Below the pieces are notes generated by a model. It had not been told where the DNA came from and did no database searches. It worked only from the letters and a program-made list of their open reading frames with translations. From Cyanidioschyzon merolae (Eukaryota): a DNA stretch of 64,000 bases. The stretch lies in NCBI GenBank assembly GCA_000091205.1, contig AP006493.2, one strand, 5' to 3'. Shown here piece by piece: positions 44,378-55,005 of this stretch. Position numbers and translations under genes: made by a program. Positions within the stretch are counted from its first letter, which is position 1. The number at the start of each line of letters is the position of its first letter.

Positions 44378-44487
44378 ATCGAGGAACAGCTCTGCATTGT
44401 CGATTGTGTCCATGGATCCATCACCAGTTTCCGCTCCAGTCGGATTATAGGTGAAGTTGTAGAGTGAACAGGGGCGCAGCTCTGCAT
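44302..44487. repeat. Two diverged tandem copies (~91 bp each, ~70% identity) of the 3'-terminal coding segment of the MiaB-like gene. The second copy begins 14 bp after the gene's stop codon.
   Basis: Copy 1 (44302-44392) encodes CIGDYVEVSITGVSGNRLIGEIVN*. Copy 2 (44392-44482) reads CIVDCVHGSITSFRSSRIIGEVVE* in its own frame and ends in TGA at the equivalent position. A third copy starts (ctgcata) at 44481. Confidence 0.8.
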
Positions 44488-46777
44488 AGAGACATCACTA
44501 TAGCAGTGAGCACATGGTGTAGCCTGACTTGCCAGGAGCACGCGCGAAGAATATGCATTTCTTGGTGCTCAATAACGGTGAGCGCGACGTCATCGGGAAT
44601 ACCTTGAACCTGGTGAATGCCCTCCGGGATGCGAGAATGTCTGAATCCAAGCCTCGAGCACTCCAGCCGATGCCCCAAAGCGACCACGACGTCGCTCCGC
44701 ATCGTTTAGGCAACCACGGCCGCGGGACGCCCAGCAGCATTGCCTCAAACGACTGTGGTCAGCAAGGGACCCCATGGATCGCTTGAAGGAAATTGAACAC
44801 CTGTCTATGATACTATCATGGCGCTCTTGGAACGTGATCACGCCCCATGATGAGCGCAAGTCCGTTCTCTGGTCATAGAGAGCGCTCGGGCATTCAGGGC
44901 ATTTGGTGAGGCGGTTCGATCCTGAAGCACAAAAATTTGATTCAAGTCACTGTTCACGTGGCCATGGTAAAGCTGTTCTGAGTGCCACAGACCTGGAAAC
45001 TGCATTGCTCTTGGGTCCGCCACGCCTTCAACATACGGGATAATAGCGTTCTGAAGGCGTTGCACAGAATGTCGCTACAGAAGCGGTGTCGCTGGTGCAC
45101 TGGATATGGACAGCGTTTGTGCACGTGAAAGGAGCCTCCTTCGCCTCATCGCTCTCGGGAATGATTTCGGTTCTACAAAGGCAAGAAAAGTGGGTTCACC
45201 AAATTGTTCGGTGAGTTGAAAGAGGACATTACCGATAAGAGTCGTTGTTTGATGGTGTCATATGGCGCTTGAAATGCTGTGGCGCTCGGAGGCTGCACTC
45301 GTGCTTCTTCGAAGAGAGTGTACAATGAGTTGAGGAACCAAGTCTGCGCGATTCCCATCAATGTATTCAGAACGACATTCACGAATCATGAGCATGCATG
45401 CTCCTTGAAACTGGTAGCGAAGAAGAGTGTGAGACAGTGACGGATGCATACGCTGATGTACGGTACGCTGACAGCGCATCGTGTCGTGATGTAATCGAAA
45501 ATGAGGGGTTCTCGACTGTGTTCTTCCAATGGCAATTATGCGCGCGAGCTCTTTCTGTACCCCGACATGAACGCATCGGCCAACAGCCGAAACTGCATCC
45601 TGCTTCAAGGGCATCGTGAGGCCTTATGTCGAGCGAGGATTCGAGTAAATCGTTTACTGCTCAGTGCGGACATGACGCTGAAACGCCGAGGACTTTCGAA
45701 AGATGAAAATTAGCGTTCAGGAAAGCTGAGATTCGATTATCGCTTGGGCAAGGTACAGAATTCGTATGGATTAGCAGTCCAGATTGGCTGGATCGCCATG
45801 TGCATACACTGGGAAAGATTTTCCTGAGTTACGAATGAACGGTAACAGTGTTCACTCACTCGATATTGCGCCGCATGATGATGCGCTCATTACGTACAAA
45901 AATCTAGGGCGGACGCAAGCGCTCAGCGAACGGAAAGGAATCCTCGCCGAGACATAAGAGCCGTCAGCGAGGAAGCATGAGCTAGTTCGAGCCAGAAACG
46001 CCGCTCCGCTGCATCGGATTCGGCGCTTCCTCGAGCCAAAGCCCTCTGTGGTACAGCAGAGCCGTTTTGTCTCCGTGTGACGACCGCACTGGCGCTGTGG
46101 GAGCTATTGCGGACGCTCATGGCAAGCTCTGCACTGGATTGAACGGAACGAGCGACAAGAATATCCGAGAAGAATTATGGCTTATGGAACTTGGTGGTAG
46201 ATGGAATGATAGATGCCTCACCGCGCGCTGGTACCAAGCGCAGAGTCGGGGAATGCTGGCCTGAATCAACGATTCGCCAAATGAAACCAATTTCGATCCC
46301 GCGCGCCGAAGCAGTGTTTCATATCGTACCGTCATGATCTTCCACGATATTCCTTATTCTTCCAACTTCTTGGGCAAACGGTCATCTCACGTACCATGTA
46401 CATTCTTGTATCTATATGAACTAAATGAAAATATTGGACCTGGACAGGAGCAACCCTCAGACAACGCAGTCACTAAACGGTCTCCTTGGTTCAGTGTTCA
46501 CGAGCGTGTGTTCCGCCATAGTCTGGACCTCGACCAAAGAAACCAGCTTGCTGTACTGCAAACTGTGATCGCCGGAACTCCGGAGTTTAACTAGAATCTT
46601 CTGAGCTGCTTTGAGCGGCAAGGTGGAACTGGTATTCACTGCTCACCGAGGCGAGCCTCGGAGCAAGCTTTCGGCAGGCGGCAGGAAATCTGGCGAACTT
46701 CTCAAGGGCTACCAAAAACCCCGGCTGCGTCTGAAAAATCCAGTGAGACGGCGATAAGCGCTACAGCGCACCGTCTC

Positions 46778-49345
46778 ATGGAGGGCGGGTCTCCAGCTGT
46801 AGGGAGGGCGGGCTCTCTCGCGGACGCTCCCACGAGTTCTGACCCGGCGCCTACCGCAAGCGCCAACGACCGCAGCAACACCGCTGACCCGCAACAGCCC
46901 TCGACATCTAGCCCATTGGTAAACGCGGCAGACCCTGGAGCAAAGAATGTCGCCCTTGTGGAACAGACAGAACCGGCGACACCAACTGCCTCTACAGGAA
47001 ACGAGCAGCACCGGACGACGCAGCCAGCGCCACGACAGTTTTCACCAGCTCAACGATGCAACCACAACCAGGTGAAAAGGCTAGGTCCCGCCTTGAAATC
47101 CTTGGAATGCCCAATCTGCTTTGATTTGTTTCGCGCAGCTGTGACGACCCGCTGCGGTCATACGTTTTGTTTCAGCTGTATCATGCGACACTTTCGCAAT
47201 CACAAATCCTGTCCAGTATGTGGCGGTTTCTTGACTCGCGACCAAATCGCCCCTGACTCCAGTGTTCAAAAGGCGGTTCGTCTAGCGCAGGCAGCATCAC
47301 CGAGCTTGCTTACGAGATCGAAAACTTCATCTCGAGTCGATGATGTCCGATCGTCTACGCTGGTGTCGGATGAGGAGAAACCCCAGCGAAAGGCGCAGCG
47401 GACCGGAACATTGGACACGCAAGAGGAATGTGTTGCCGAATCTGACGGTGAATTCAAATCTGAAGCTGCTGCAGCTTTCGCTGCCCTCATGTCGCAACAG
47501 TCAGGACATGCTGGCAGGCCTCGACAAGCGCTGTTCGCAGCCGGCTCAACGCACGCTCCGCGTGAACAGCGACAGGAGATCGCACCCGCCGCGTCGGATG
47601 ACCAGCATCGAGCTTCGTCGAGGGAGAGGCCCATTCTATCGAAGCAGGATCCAATCATAGAGCAAATCCTGAGCGATCTGGAAAGAGAGACGCAGAAAGG
47701 ACAAGAGAGCAACTTTGTGGACAAGCTCAAGAGGATTGCCTCTCGACTATCAGGTTCAGAGATTGACCAGATTGTCGAGACATTGTTAGAGCAGCGTCGC
47801 CGCCTCCAGCGAATGAGCCTGGGCACTGATTATACAATCTTGAAAAGCTTCCTCGAATACAACATTGAGCTGAAACGCCGCGAGCTGGCAAAGATTGAGG
47901 CAGAGCTTCTGCAATTAGAAGCGGATCTACAAAGGGCCAACGAGCTACAGCAGCGACGTGCTGAATCCATGAAGGATTCGGGAGAACGCGGCGCCCCAGA
48001 GGCGGCCGAAAAGCGGGTACAGCGGATGCTGATATTGTTCGAACAGCTTCAGCAACGGTACTTGGAGCTCAGACCACCAAACTTGAAAGAATCTTCTCCT
48101 CAGCCAGCGGGCATGGATAGAGATAACCAGCAAAGCCATGCCACGAGAGCTCGACCATACGATTTGGGACCGTCGCCACTGGCGCTTTCGTCGGTGACTG
48201 CACAGAGCTCAGGGCACCTCCCGACGGACATCACCGAAGTGGATGCCGATCCCCTGGAACAGTTTGCGCACGAACTGTGCACGGCGACGAAATATGCACA
48301 AATGCGCTGCCTAACGCTTTTGCGTTATGGGGAGCCTTTTCGGGGTAGCAATATCGTGTCGTGTCTGGACTTTGACATGTTTGGTGAACTGCTCGCAGCT
48401 GCTGGAGTCATGCGGAAAATCAAAATTTTTGATCTACACACCGTGGTCGATCACGATGCTCAGGTGAAATATCCAATCTGCGAACTGCCAGCACGAGCAA
48501 AGCTCTCATGTCTGAGCTGGAGTCCGTCGACACGGCAACATATCGCGTCGAGCGACTATGATGGAGTCGTCTGCATCTGGGACACAGAAAGCTGCAAGCT
48601 CGTCGCCGAGTATGAAGAGCATGAGAAACGAGCCTGGACCGTAGATTACTGTCCGATGAAGCCTCATATCCTGGCGTCCGGTAGCGACGACGGGAATGTC
48701 AAGATATGGTCGACCACGCAACGAGACTCTGTAGGAACGATTCGGATGAATGCGAATGTGTGCTGCATTAAGTTTGCACCTCTTCAGCACGAGTGCCTGC
48801 TTGCCGTTGGATCAGCCGATCACCAAGCTTACGTTTATGACTTGCGCAGCATGGCACAGCCGCTGCACATCCTCAAGGGCCATCGAAAGGCAATCTCCTA
48901 TATCCGATTCTTCTGCAGCAACCGGGAAATCGTGACTGCATCCACGGATTCGACGTTGCGGCTGTGGGACCTGCGAAGCTGCCAGTGCGAGCGCATCTAC
49001 ACTGGCCATTGTAATGAGCGCAACTTTGTGGGCCTTTCTGTGAAGCCGGACTGGATTGCCTGCGGTAGTGAAGACAACCACGTCTATACCTATTATCGCA
49101 GCCTGACATCGCCAGCAATTGTGAGCGACTTTGCTGCCGAGCCGGCCCAGCATTCAGCAGAGGTCGTCGCTCGATCTGGAGGCGCCCTGGATGTCGCCGG
49201 TGCACCAGGCTCGCGCTTCTTGCAACCAGATTCTGGCACGTTCGGTGGCCCGCATTTTGTCTCAGCCGTTGCCTGGCGCAAGGACACAGACACACTTGCT
49301 GCAGCGAATTCTCAGGGCCTAATTAGGATCTTTGAGCTCTCATGA
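46778..49345 (+). CDS. COP1: COP1-type RING-finger / coiled-coil / WD40 E3 ubiquitin ligase (COP1/RFWD2 orthologue).
   Basis: 855 aa. RING: CPICFDLFRAAVTTRCGHTFCFSCIMRHFRNHKSCPVCG. Central coiled-coil. C-terminal 7-blade WD40 colinear with COP1 (KLSCLSWSP...HIASSDYDGVVCIWD...EYEEHEKRAWTVDY...GSDDGNVKIW...ANVCCIKF...VGSADHQAYVYDLR...GHRKAISYIRF...ASTDSTLRLWDL). Confidence 0.92.
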   Translation: MEGGSPAVGRAGSLADAPTSSDPAPTASANDRSNTADPQQPSTSSPLVNAADPGAKNVALVEQTEPATPTASTGNEQHRTTQPAPRQFSPAQRCNHNQVKRLGPALKSLECPICFDLFRAAVTTRCGHTFCFSCIMRHFRNHKSCPVCGGFLTRDQIAPDSSVQKAVRLAQAASPSLLTRSKTSSRVDDVRSSTLVSDEEKPQRKAQRTGTLDTQEECVAESDGEFKSEAAAAFAALMSQQSGHAGRPRQALFAAGSTHAPREQRQEIAPAASDDQHRASSRERPILSKQDPIIEQILSDLERETQKGQESNFVDKLKRIASRLSGSEIDQIVETLLEQRRRLQRMSLGTDYTILKSFLEYNIELKRRELAKIEAELLQLEADLQRANELQQRRAESMKDSGERGAPEAAEKRVQRMLILFEQLQQRYLELRPPNLKESSPQPAGMDRDNQQSHATRARPYDLGPSPLALSSVTAQSSGHLPTDITEVDADPLEQFAHELCTATKYAQMRCLTLLRYGEPFRGSNIVSCLDFDMFGELLAAAGVMRKIKIFDLHTVVDHDAQVKYPICELPARAKLSCLSWSPSTRQHIASSDYDGVVCIWDTESCKLVAEYEEHEKRAWTVDYCPMKPHILASGSDDGNVKIWSTTQRDSVGTIRMNANVCCIKFAPLQHECLLAVGSADHQAYVYDLRSMAQPLHILKGHRKAISYIRFFCSNREIVTASTDSTLRLWDLRSCQCERIYTGHCNERNFVGLSVKPDWIACGSEDNHVYTYYRSLTSPAIVSDFAAEPAQHSAEVVARSGGALDVAGAPGSRFLQPDSGTFGGPHFVSAVAWRKDTDTLAAANSQGLIRIFELS

Positions 49346-50597
49346 GACCGGCATCCGAAAGACTCGATGCTGTTTTCGACTGCGAGCGATCTTGGAGCAT
49401 GCTGCAGATGCCTGCCCAGGGCCATCGGGTGCATTCTCAGTGTCGCAGCACCACAGCGCACGATACCTGTACGGATAGCCATTTATTGTGAGGAATCTGG
49501 CAGTCTGCGCTGGCTAGAATGTGTTCGCGTCATAGTCGACGACGTAAACGAACAGTTTGCTCAGGTTCGCTATTCGTGAGAAATATTTGCAATGCATTTC
49601 ACTTGATGTGTTCACAAGCATGCAATCAATCACGGTTTACTGCGTACACCGACAACTCTCTGTCATATGCGTGTCTACTGCATGGGGGCTGAACTTTGTG
49701 TGCGTGTTCACGGCACTGTCAGTTGCCCATTTCAATATTTTCTGGTTGGATTCACGCATATAAACTGTTTTCGCATCCATGAGCGAAGTTCTCGTTAGAG
49801 GGCGCCCACTCCTGGAGGCCGTACTCGGGCAAGACGCCAACGCCCGGGCGCACTGGTCGCACTTCCGCGGGAGCCCTCAGTTCTGTTGCACATTTCGTCG
49901 AGGTCTGGGCGCTAGGCCTGAGGGCACTCCAAGCGTCTGCGGTTTGCGCTCCGCGTGGGGCCTCGAGCACTCGGGTCACAACGAGGTGCAGTGTGTTGCG
50001 AACGGCGTCGCCTAGCACGTCGCATGGCACATTCCGGTTACACTCTTGGGGTTTCCGTTGTCCTTTACAAGCACATAAGCCAGGGTCCAATGACTAGCCT
50101 CATCAAGTCGCAATGGATAGGAGATTAAGTGGGTCACCGCCGGCCTCGAAACGCTCTACAGTCAAGTGTCGCAGGAAAGCGATACTGCCGATTCGCGTAA
50201 AGTACACACGTTTCCAGGCGTGCGTTATACCGCAATTAATCGCTCACTGGGCCGTCCTGCGATGAAACCAGAACGGCAAGACGAGGGTATTCTGCGCTGG
50301 CGGCTTCCTAGGCAAAAATCAGCAGTTCAACTCGCATACGTAAGTTTGAAAAGTTTTCCACACGGGTTCCGTCTACGCAAAGCGCTTCGTTACTGGCTTT
50401 CCTCGTCCCTAGGGGCTTGGCAACGAGTTCACTGCAGCTCAGGGAACGCTGCTGGCTGGACGCACTGTCAGCGAGGTCGCCACGGATGTTGTCTCAGTCA
50501 CACAACCCGAAAAGCAGGTATTCGACTGGTGCAGCGGTTCCAAAGCGGTAGGTCGTTCCAAGCCTGCGAAGCACTGCCTGCAGAGCTTACCACGACC

Positions 50598-51650
50598 ATG
50601 GCGCACAGGTACTTTGATGCGGCAGCGAACCTCACGGATGAGGCGTTTTTAGGGGTATATAACGGCAAGAGATATCACGAACCAGACCTTGATCGAGTTC
50701 TCGAACGAGCTGCACAAGAAAACGTACGCGAAGTTCTAGTCACGGCGGGCTCTCTAGACCAGAGTAAAGAGGCGCTGTTGCTAGTTCGCGAAAACCGTAA
50801 ACAACTTGCCGCATCGAGCGCAACGTCCTTGCCGAAACTATTCGCCACTGTGGGTGTGCATCCCACCAGATGCAGTGAGTTTTTCCCCAAAGAAGATACT
50901 GCATCTGCGGATGCTGAGGCGCACGCACGCGAGCATCTACATGCCCTGAGAGCACTCATCGAGCAAGGCGTTGGCGCAGCGGGTGGTACGCAAGCCCCTG
51001 ACGAAAACCTCGATGATGACGCCGTTGTCGCCATCGGCGAGTGTGGACTCGATTACGTGCGCACACAGTTCTGCCCGCCGGCAGTGCAGCAAAGAGGCTT
51101 CAAGTTGCAACTGCAACTAGCCGGAGAGACTGGTCTCCCTCTTCTGTTGCACAATCGAGAGTCTACTGCCGACCTAGTGCAGCTTCTCACGGAGAACCGG
51201 CACCAAATTAGAGCTGGCGGTCTCGTTCATTCATTTGATGGTTCAGCAGAGGAAGCAGCAATGTTGTTAGACCTCGGATTTCACCTAGGCGTCAACGGAT
51301 GCTCCCTGAAAACAGAGGAGAATCTTCGAGTTGTCCGTGAGAGCATTCCTTTAGATCGCCTTATCTTAGAGACAGACTGTCCGTATTGTGAGCTGCGACC
51401 GAGCCACGCCAGCTATCAGTTCATGCACAAGCAAGGCATCGACATCGCGGGGTACGGCTGGGCAGGCCGCGCGCGCGCTGACAAGAAACGCTTCTGCACA
51501 GGTGTGGGCGTGCGGGGGCGCAACGAGCCTTGTAGTATTGTCCAGATATGTGCTGTTGTGTCCAGCCTCAAAGGAGTGCCGATGGCGCACGTTGCGGAGG
51601 CGACGCGTCGGAACGCCCTTTCGCTGTTTAGGTGCAGCGAGGCCGTCTAG
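50598..51650 (+). CDS. TatD-family metal-dependent hydrolase / 3'-5' DNase (TATDN1-like).
   Basis: The ORF opens at 50166, but the homologous protein begins at the internal Met MAHRYFDAAANLTD (50598). Conserved blocks: FATVGVHPTRCSEF, AIGECGLDY, LPLLLHNRES, GLVHSFDGS, GVNGCSLKTEENL, LILETDCPYC. The upstream 144 codons look like 5' leader. Confidence 0.85.
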   Translation: MAHRYFDAAANLTDEAFLGVYNGKRYHEPDLDRVLERAAQENVREVLVTAGSLDQSKEALLLVRENRKQLAASSATSLPKLFATVGVHPTRCSEFFPKEDTASADAEAHAREHLHALRALIEQGVGAAGGTQAPDENLDDDAVVAIGECGLDYVRTQFCPPAVQQRGFKLQLQLAGETGLPLLLHNRESTADLVQLLTENRHQIRAGGLVHSFDGSAEEAAMLLDLGFHLGVNGCSLKTEENLRVVRESIPLDRLILETDCPYCELRPSHASYQFMHKQGIDIAGYGWAGRARADKKRFCTGVGVRGRNEPCSIVQICAVVSSLKGVPMAHVAEATRRNALSLFRCSEAV

Positions 51651-51682
51651 TCGACGTATTATTCTGTTCATAGTCGGCAGCT

Positions 51683-53536
51683 ATGCTTGGATTTTTGCTT
51701 CAATTTCCGAGAGCTTCTTCGAGGGACCAGCCATGGTCAGGGAAGACACGGTGGCTGGAGCGACGAGTGGCACATTCTAGCGGAGGACGTTCGAAAACGC
51801 TGCAGTCCTCGAGGGGTGGCCTCGGACGCTCTAGTAAGAAGCGCTGGGCCCTGAGCGGTACCCTGGCGGATGCCAGTGGCCGTCCGATCTCTGCAGGCCA
51901 GGGGGAAATGCACAATGGGGAGACGACGCTGGGACCCTCGGGATCCGCGGCACCTACGACAACGACAGCAGCAGTTGTTGACGCTGCGATCGGCGGCGGC
52001 CAGAACAGGTTGCCTCGGGAGCGACCCGTTTCTGTAGCCGTCGCGGGTAGGAATCAGCTGTCGTCCCAACGCTGGTCAAAGATAGTCTGCACGATCGGGC
52101 CAAAAACTTGCTCGTTGGAGGCTATCTATCAACTTGCGGAGCATGGCATGAACATAGCCCGACTCAATATGTCGCACGGCAGCCATGAATGGCATCACAA
52201 CGTCATCGAGAAAATTCGCGCTGTGAACAAGTCGGGAAAATACAATATTGGCATCCTACTGGATACGAAAGGACCAGAAGTGCGTTCAGGTGACCTGAAG
52301 GCACCGATCAAGGTCGCTCGAGGCCAACGCTTCATCTGGACGGTGCGGCGCGATATACCACCGGAACAGCTCGCATCTGATTTTCCGTACATTACGGATG
52401 TATCCTATGATGACTTTATCAACGATGTGAACGTGGGCGACATCCTCCTCGTCGACGGTGGCATCTGCTCTTTCGTCATTGTGGAAAAGCGTGGACTTGA
52501 TGTCATTTCAGAGTGCCTCGACGAAGGAGTGCTAACAAGTCGTCGGCACCTCAACGTTCGCGGCAAGTCGGCGTCTTTGCCGGCATTAACAGAAAAGGAT
52601 TGGGATGACATTCGTTTTGGCGTCGAGAGAAACGTTGATTTCTATGCTCTATCGTTCGTGAAGCATGAGGACGATATCATTCAGCTTCAGGAATACTTGA
52701 GGGAGCACGCCCCCGGGCAAACACCTCTGGTTTTGGCAAAGATCGAATCTGCGCAGGCGATCCCACGGCTGCGACAAATCCTCGAAGCTGCCGATGGAGC
52801 TATGGTGGCTCGTGGTGACTTGGGCGCTGAAATTCCCGTCGAGGAAGTGCCCATAGTGCAGGAAGAAATTGTCTACCTTAACCGGGCAATGCACAAACCA
52901 ACCATTGTGGCCACACACATGCTTGAATCCATGATTGTATACCCGACACCAACGCGTGCAGAGGTTACGGACATTACGGAAGCGATTCGACAAGGCTCAG
53001 ACGCAACGATGCTCAGCGGTGAGACTGCGAATGGCTCGTATCCGCTCGAGGCGCTCACGGTCATGGATACTGTAGCAAAGAGCGTGTTTCATCAGGAGCA
53101 GGAAGGCCTCTTGTGTGCGGCGCTTTCACCAGTTGAGCGCAGCACAGGCGCCACGCTGGAAAGGGACTTGCTCTCGGATCCAATGGTCAGCATGACAGAG
53201 GCTGCTGCGAGCCTTGCAACCGGCGTTGACGCTGCATGCATTATTGTGTTCACCAAAAGCGGGCGTGTAGCGAGCCTCGTCTCATCAGCGAGGTCGCGCT
53301 GCCCCATCTACGCGTTTACGCCCAGCGAAAGCACCGCCCGCAAGCTCACTTTATTTTGGGGCGTGACTGCTTTCAGCCTCGAGTTTTGTCCGGATCCAGA
53401 GGTAACAGTACATCGGTCTTTGGAGGAGCTGACCCGGCGCGGTCTGATCCGCAAAAATGAACTTGCAGTCATCGTTAGTGATCTGCTTGTACGCGATGAT
53501 TTCAGCGTCGACAGCATCCAAGTGCGCCGTGCCTAG
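51683..53536 (+). CDS. PK: Pyruvate kinase with a Ser/Thr/Arg-rich, acid-poor N-terminal extension (transit-peptide-like). Alternative start at Met 51908.
   Basis: Conserved PK core: SKIVCTIGPKT, NIARLNMSHGSHEWH, LLDTKGPEVRSGDL, MVARGDLGAEIP, SGETANGSYP, plus the C-terminal allosteric domain. The first ~130 aa lack acidic residues and are rich in S/T/A/R/G. Confidence 0.92.
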   Translation: MLGFLLQFPRASSRDQPWSGKTRWLERRVAHSSGGRSKTLQSSRGGLGRSSKKRWALSGTLADASGRPISAGQGEMHNGETTLGPSGSAAPTTTTAAVVDAAIGGGQNRLPRERPVSVAVAGRNQLSSQRWSKIVCTIGPKTCSLEAIYQLAEHGMNIARLNMSHGSHEWHHNVIEKIRAVNKSGKYNIGILLDTKGPEVRSGDLKAPIKVARGQRFIWTVRRDIPPEQLASDFPYITDVSYDDFINDVNVGDILLVDGGICSFVIVEKRGLDVISECLDEGVLTSRRHLNVRGKSASLPALTEKDWDDIRFGVERNVDFYALSFVKHEDDIIQLQEYLREHAPGQTPLVLAKIESAQAIPRLRQILEAADGAMVARGDLGAEIPVEEVPIVQEEIVYLNRAMHKPTIVATHMLESMIVYPTPTRAEVTDITEAIRQGSDATMLSGETANGSYPLEALTVMDTVAKSVFHQEQEGLLCAALSPVERSTGATLERDLLSDPMVSMTEAAASLATGVDAACIIVFTKSGRVASLVSSARSRCPIYAFTPSESTARKLTLFWGVTAFSLEFCPDPEVTVHRSLEELTRRGLIRKNELAVIVSDLLVRDDFSVDSIQVRRA

Positions 53537-54377
53537 GCGGTGATGGACCGCAGGCGGCAGGCGGCGCTCGTGAAGGTACAACGTGATGCCCAATTGGACG
53601 GAATTTTCCCTGATACATCAGGTCTGATAGACCTGTTCAGCAATCCGGACTGGCAGCGTGGCATACGGCTACTATGTCATGCGTTCCAGTGAACACCGTA
53701 TCGTTTGGTCGCTCGTATGGCGCGCCTGCGCACGGCCAGCGGCGAAATACAAGGGGCGAACGCACGCCCTCACGTCACTATAGCTGTGGACGTTGCTAAA
53801 GGTCTTGCGTATAACAGTAGAACACTTGCAAGCGTCCCTGTAACCAAAGAGGAGGGCCTGGGGGGCATCCAGCGACGCGCAGAGGCGCTATCGTCTCGCA
53901 CAGGCAAGGGCAAAACGTGAGCATTGTACTGCCGATAAATGCATCATACAATTGAAGAATGAGCATCGAGCGCTCAGCTCCTTATCCAAATCAAACAAGT
54001 GCGCTTCTATCCGTGCTCTGCAACAAGTCTAATCTTTTAGGTCAATGACTTCTCCTCAGCTAGATTGCGCCCTTCAACGCTGGGACTGAATTCTTTTGGA
54101 ACAGCAAAGCGGCTACTGTGTTTGGACAAGCTATAAGCAGAGAGGAGTTCCACTTCAGTCCAGAGGGTGCTTCCAAGCAAAACGTCGTAACAGATGGCTT
54201 GCGAACTTTGGTTTCGTTTCGATAAGGGTGATGAATTCGAGCGCAATATTTCCGGTTGCCATTGGACATGAGCTGGTCGAGGTTCCCACAAAGCATAGGG
54301 AAGACATGCAGTTCTTGCAAAATTTGGCGACCATTCGTCGGGTTCAGCCTCTAGCAGAGCATAAATTCGCGTTACCG

Positions 54378-54935
54378 TCAGCCCCGTTTGAGCTTCGCCA
54401 GCAAAGCCTCAATCTGCAAGTTCAGGTATGGCTGTCCCTTTCTTGTTCGTCGAAGATGCGCTGTTCTTTGGTTCTCACGGAGCTGCGCACGCCGCTCACG
54501 TTCCTCTGAAAGCCTCTGCCGCTGCTGCTCACGCTCGAAAAGCTCAGCCTGACGCTTGGTTCGAGCCTCTTGGCCTTTGCTGATCGCCTGCGCATAGCGC
54601 TTTGGAACGCGTTCTGTCGACGAGCGGTTCGACTGGTCAGCAAATTGTTCCCCGTCTTTGTCCGGTGAAGCGTTTTTTTGTACGGAGAACTGATCAGGGG
54701 CACGCGCGTTGATTTGCTCCGTCTGTTCGCCAGATGCGGCTCTTCCTTCGAGCAGGACTAGCATACGCCGAAACTCTTGGACCCTGCGCCGCACTCGCGC
54801 ACGGCGGCTTTCGAGAAGCTTGCGCCGATGAGCGCGGCGCTCTCGTTCAAACTGCCTCTTTCTGCTGAGGAAGTCCTGTAAATCGACGTGTGGCCTCTTA
54901 GATTCCATGTCTGTTGTCCCTTGCGTGCTAGACAC
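54378..54935 (-). CDS. Small, highly basic coiled-coil protein (185 aa). Possible nucleolar Cgr1/Fyv7-type protein.
   Basis: The ORF is Arg/Glu/Lys-rich with continuous heptad character (RKRQFERERRAHRRKLLESRRARVRRRVQEFRR...RQAELFEREQQRQRLSEERERRAQLRE). The call rests on composition only. Confidence 0.35.
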   Translation of the reverse strand: MSSTQGTTDMESKRPHVDLQDFLSRKRQFERERRAHRRKLLESRRARVRRRVQEFRRMLVLLEGRAASGEQTEQINARAPDQFSVQKNASPDKDGEQFADQSNRSSTERVPKRYAQAISKGQEARTKRQAELFEREQQRQRLSEERERRAQLRENQRTAHLRRTRKGQPYLNLQIEALLAKLKRG

Positions 54936-55005
54936 TCTAGGGCTCTCCAGTGCCGTCGCATCGCCATCTGTCGATCCTGCTACGCGCGTGCGTCTCAGAC
55001 ACCAG

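Noticed and set aside
50166-50597. The N-terminal 144 codons of the ORF containing TatD.
   Set aside because: TatD homology begins exactly at the internal Met (MAHRYFDAAANLTD). The upstream part is Arg/Ser/Cys-rich junk-like leader, so I placed the start at 50598.
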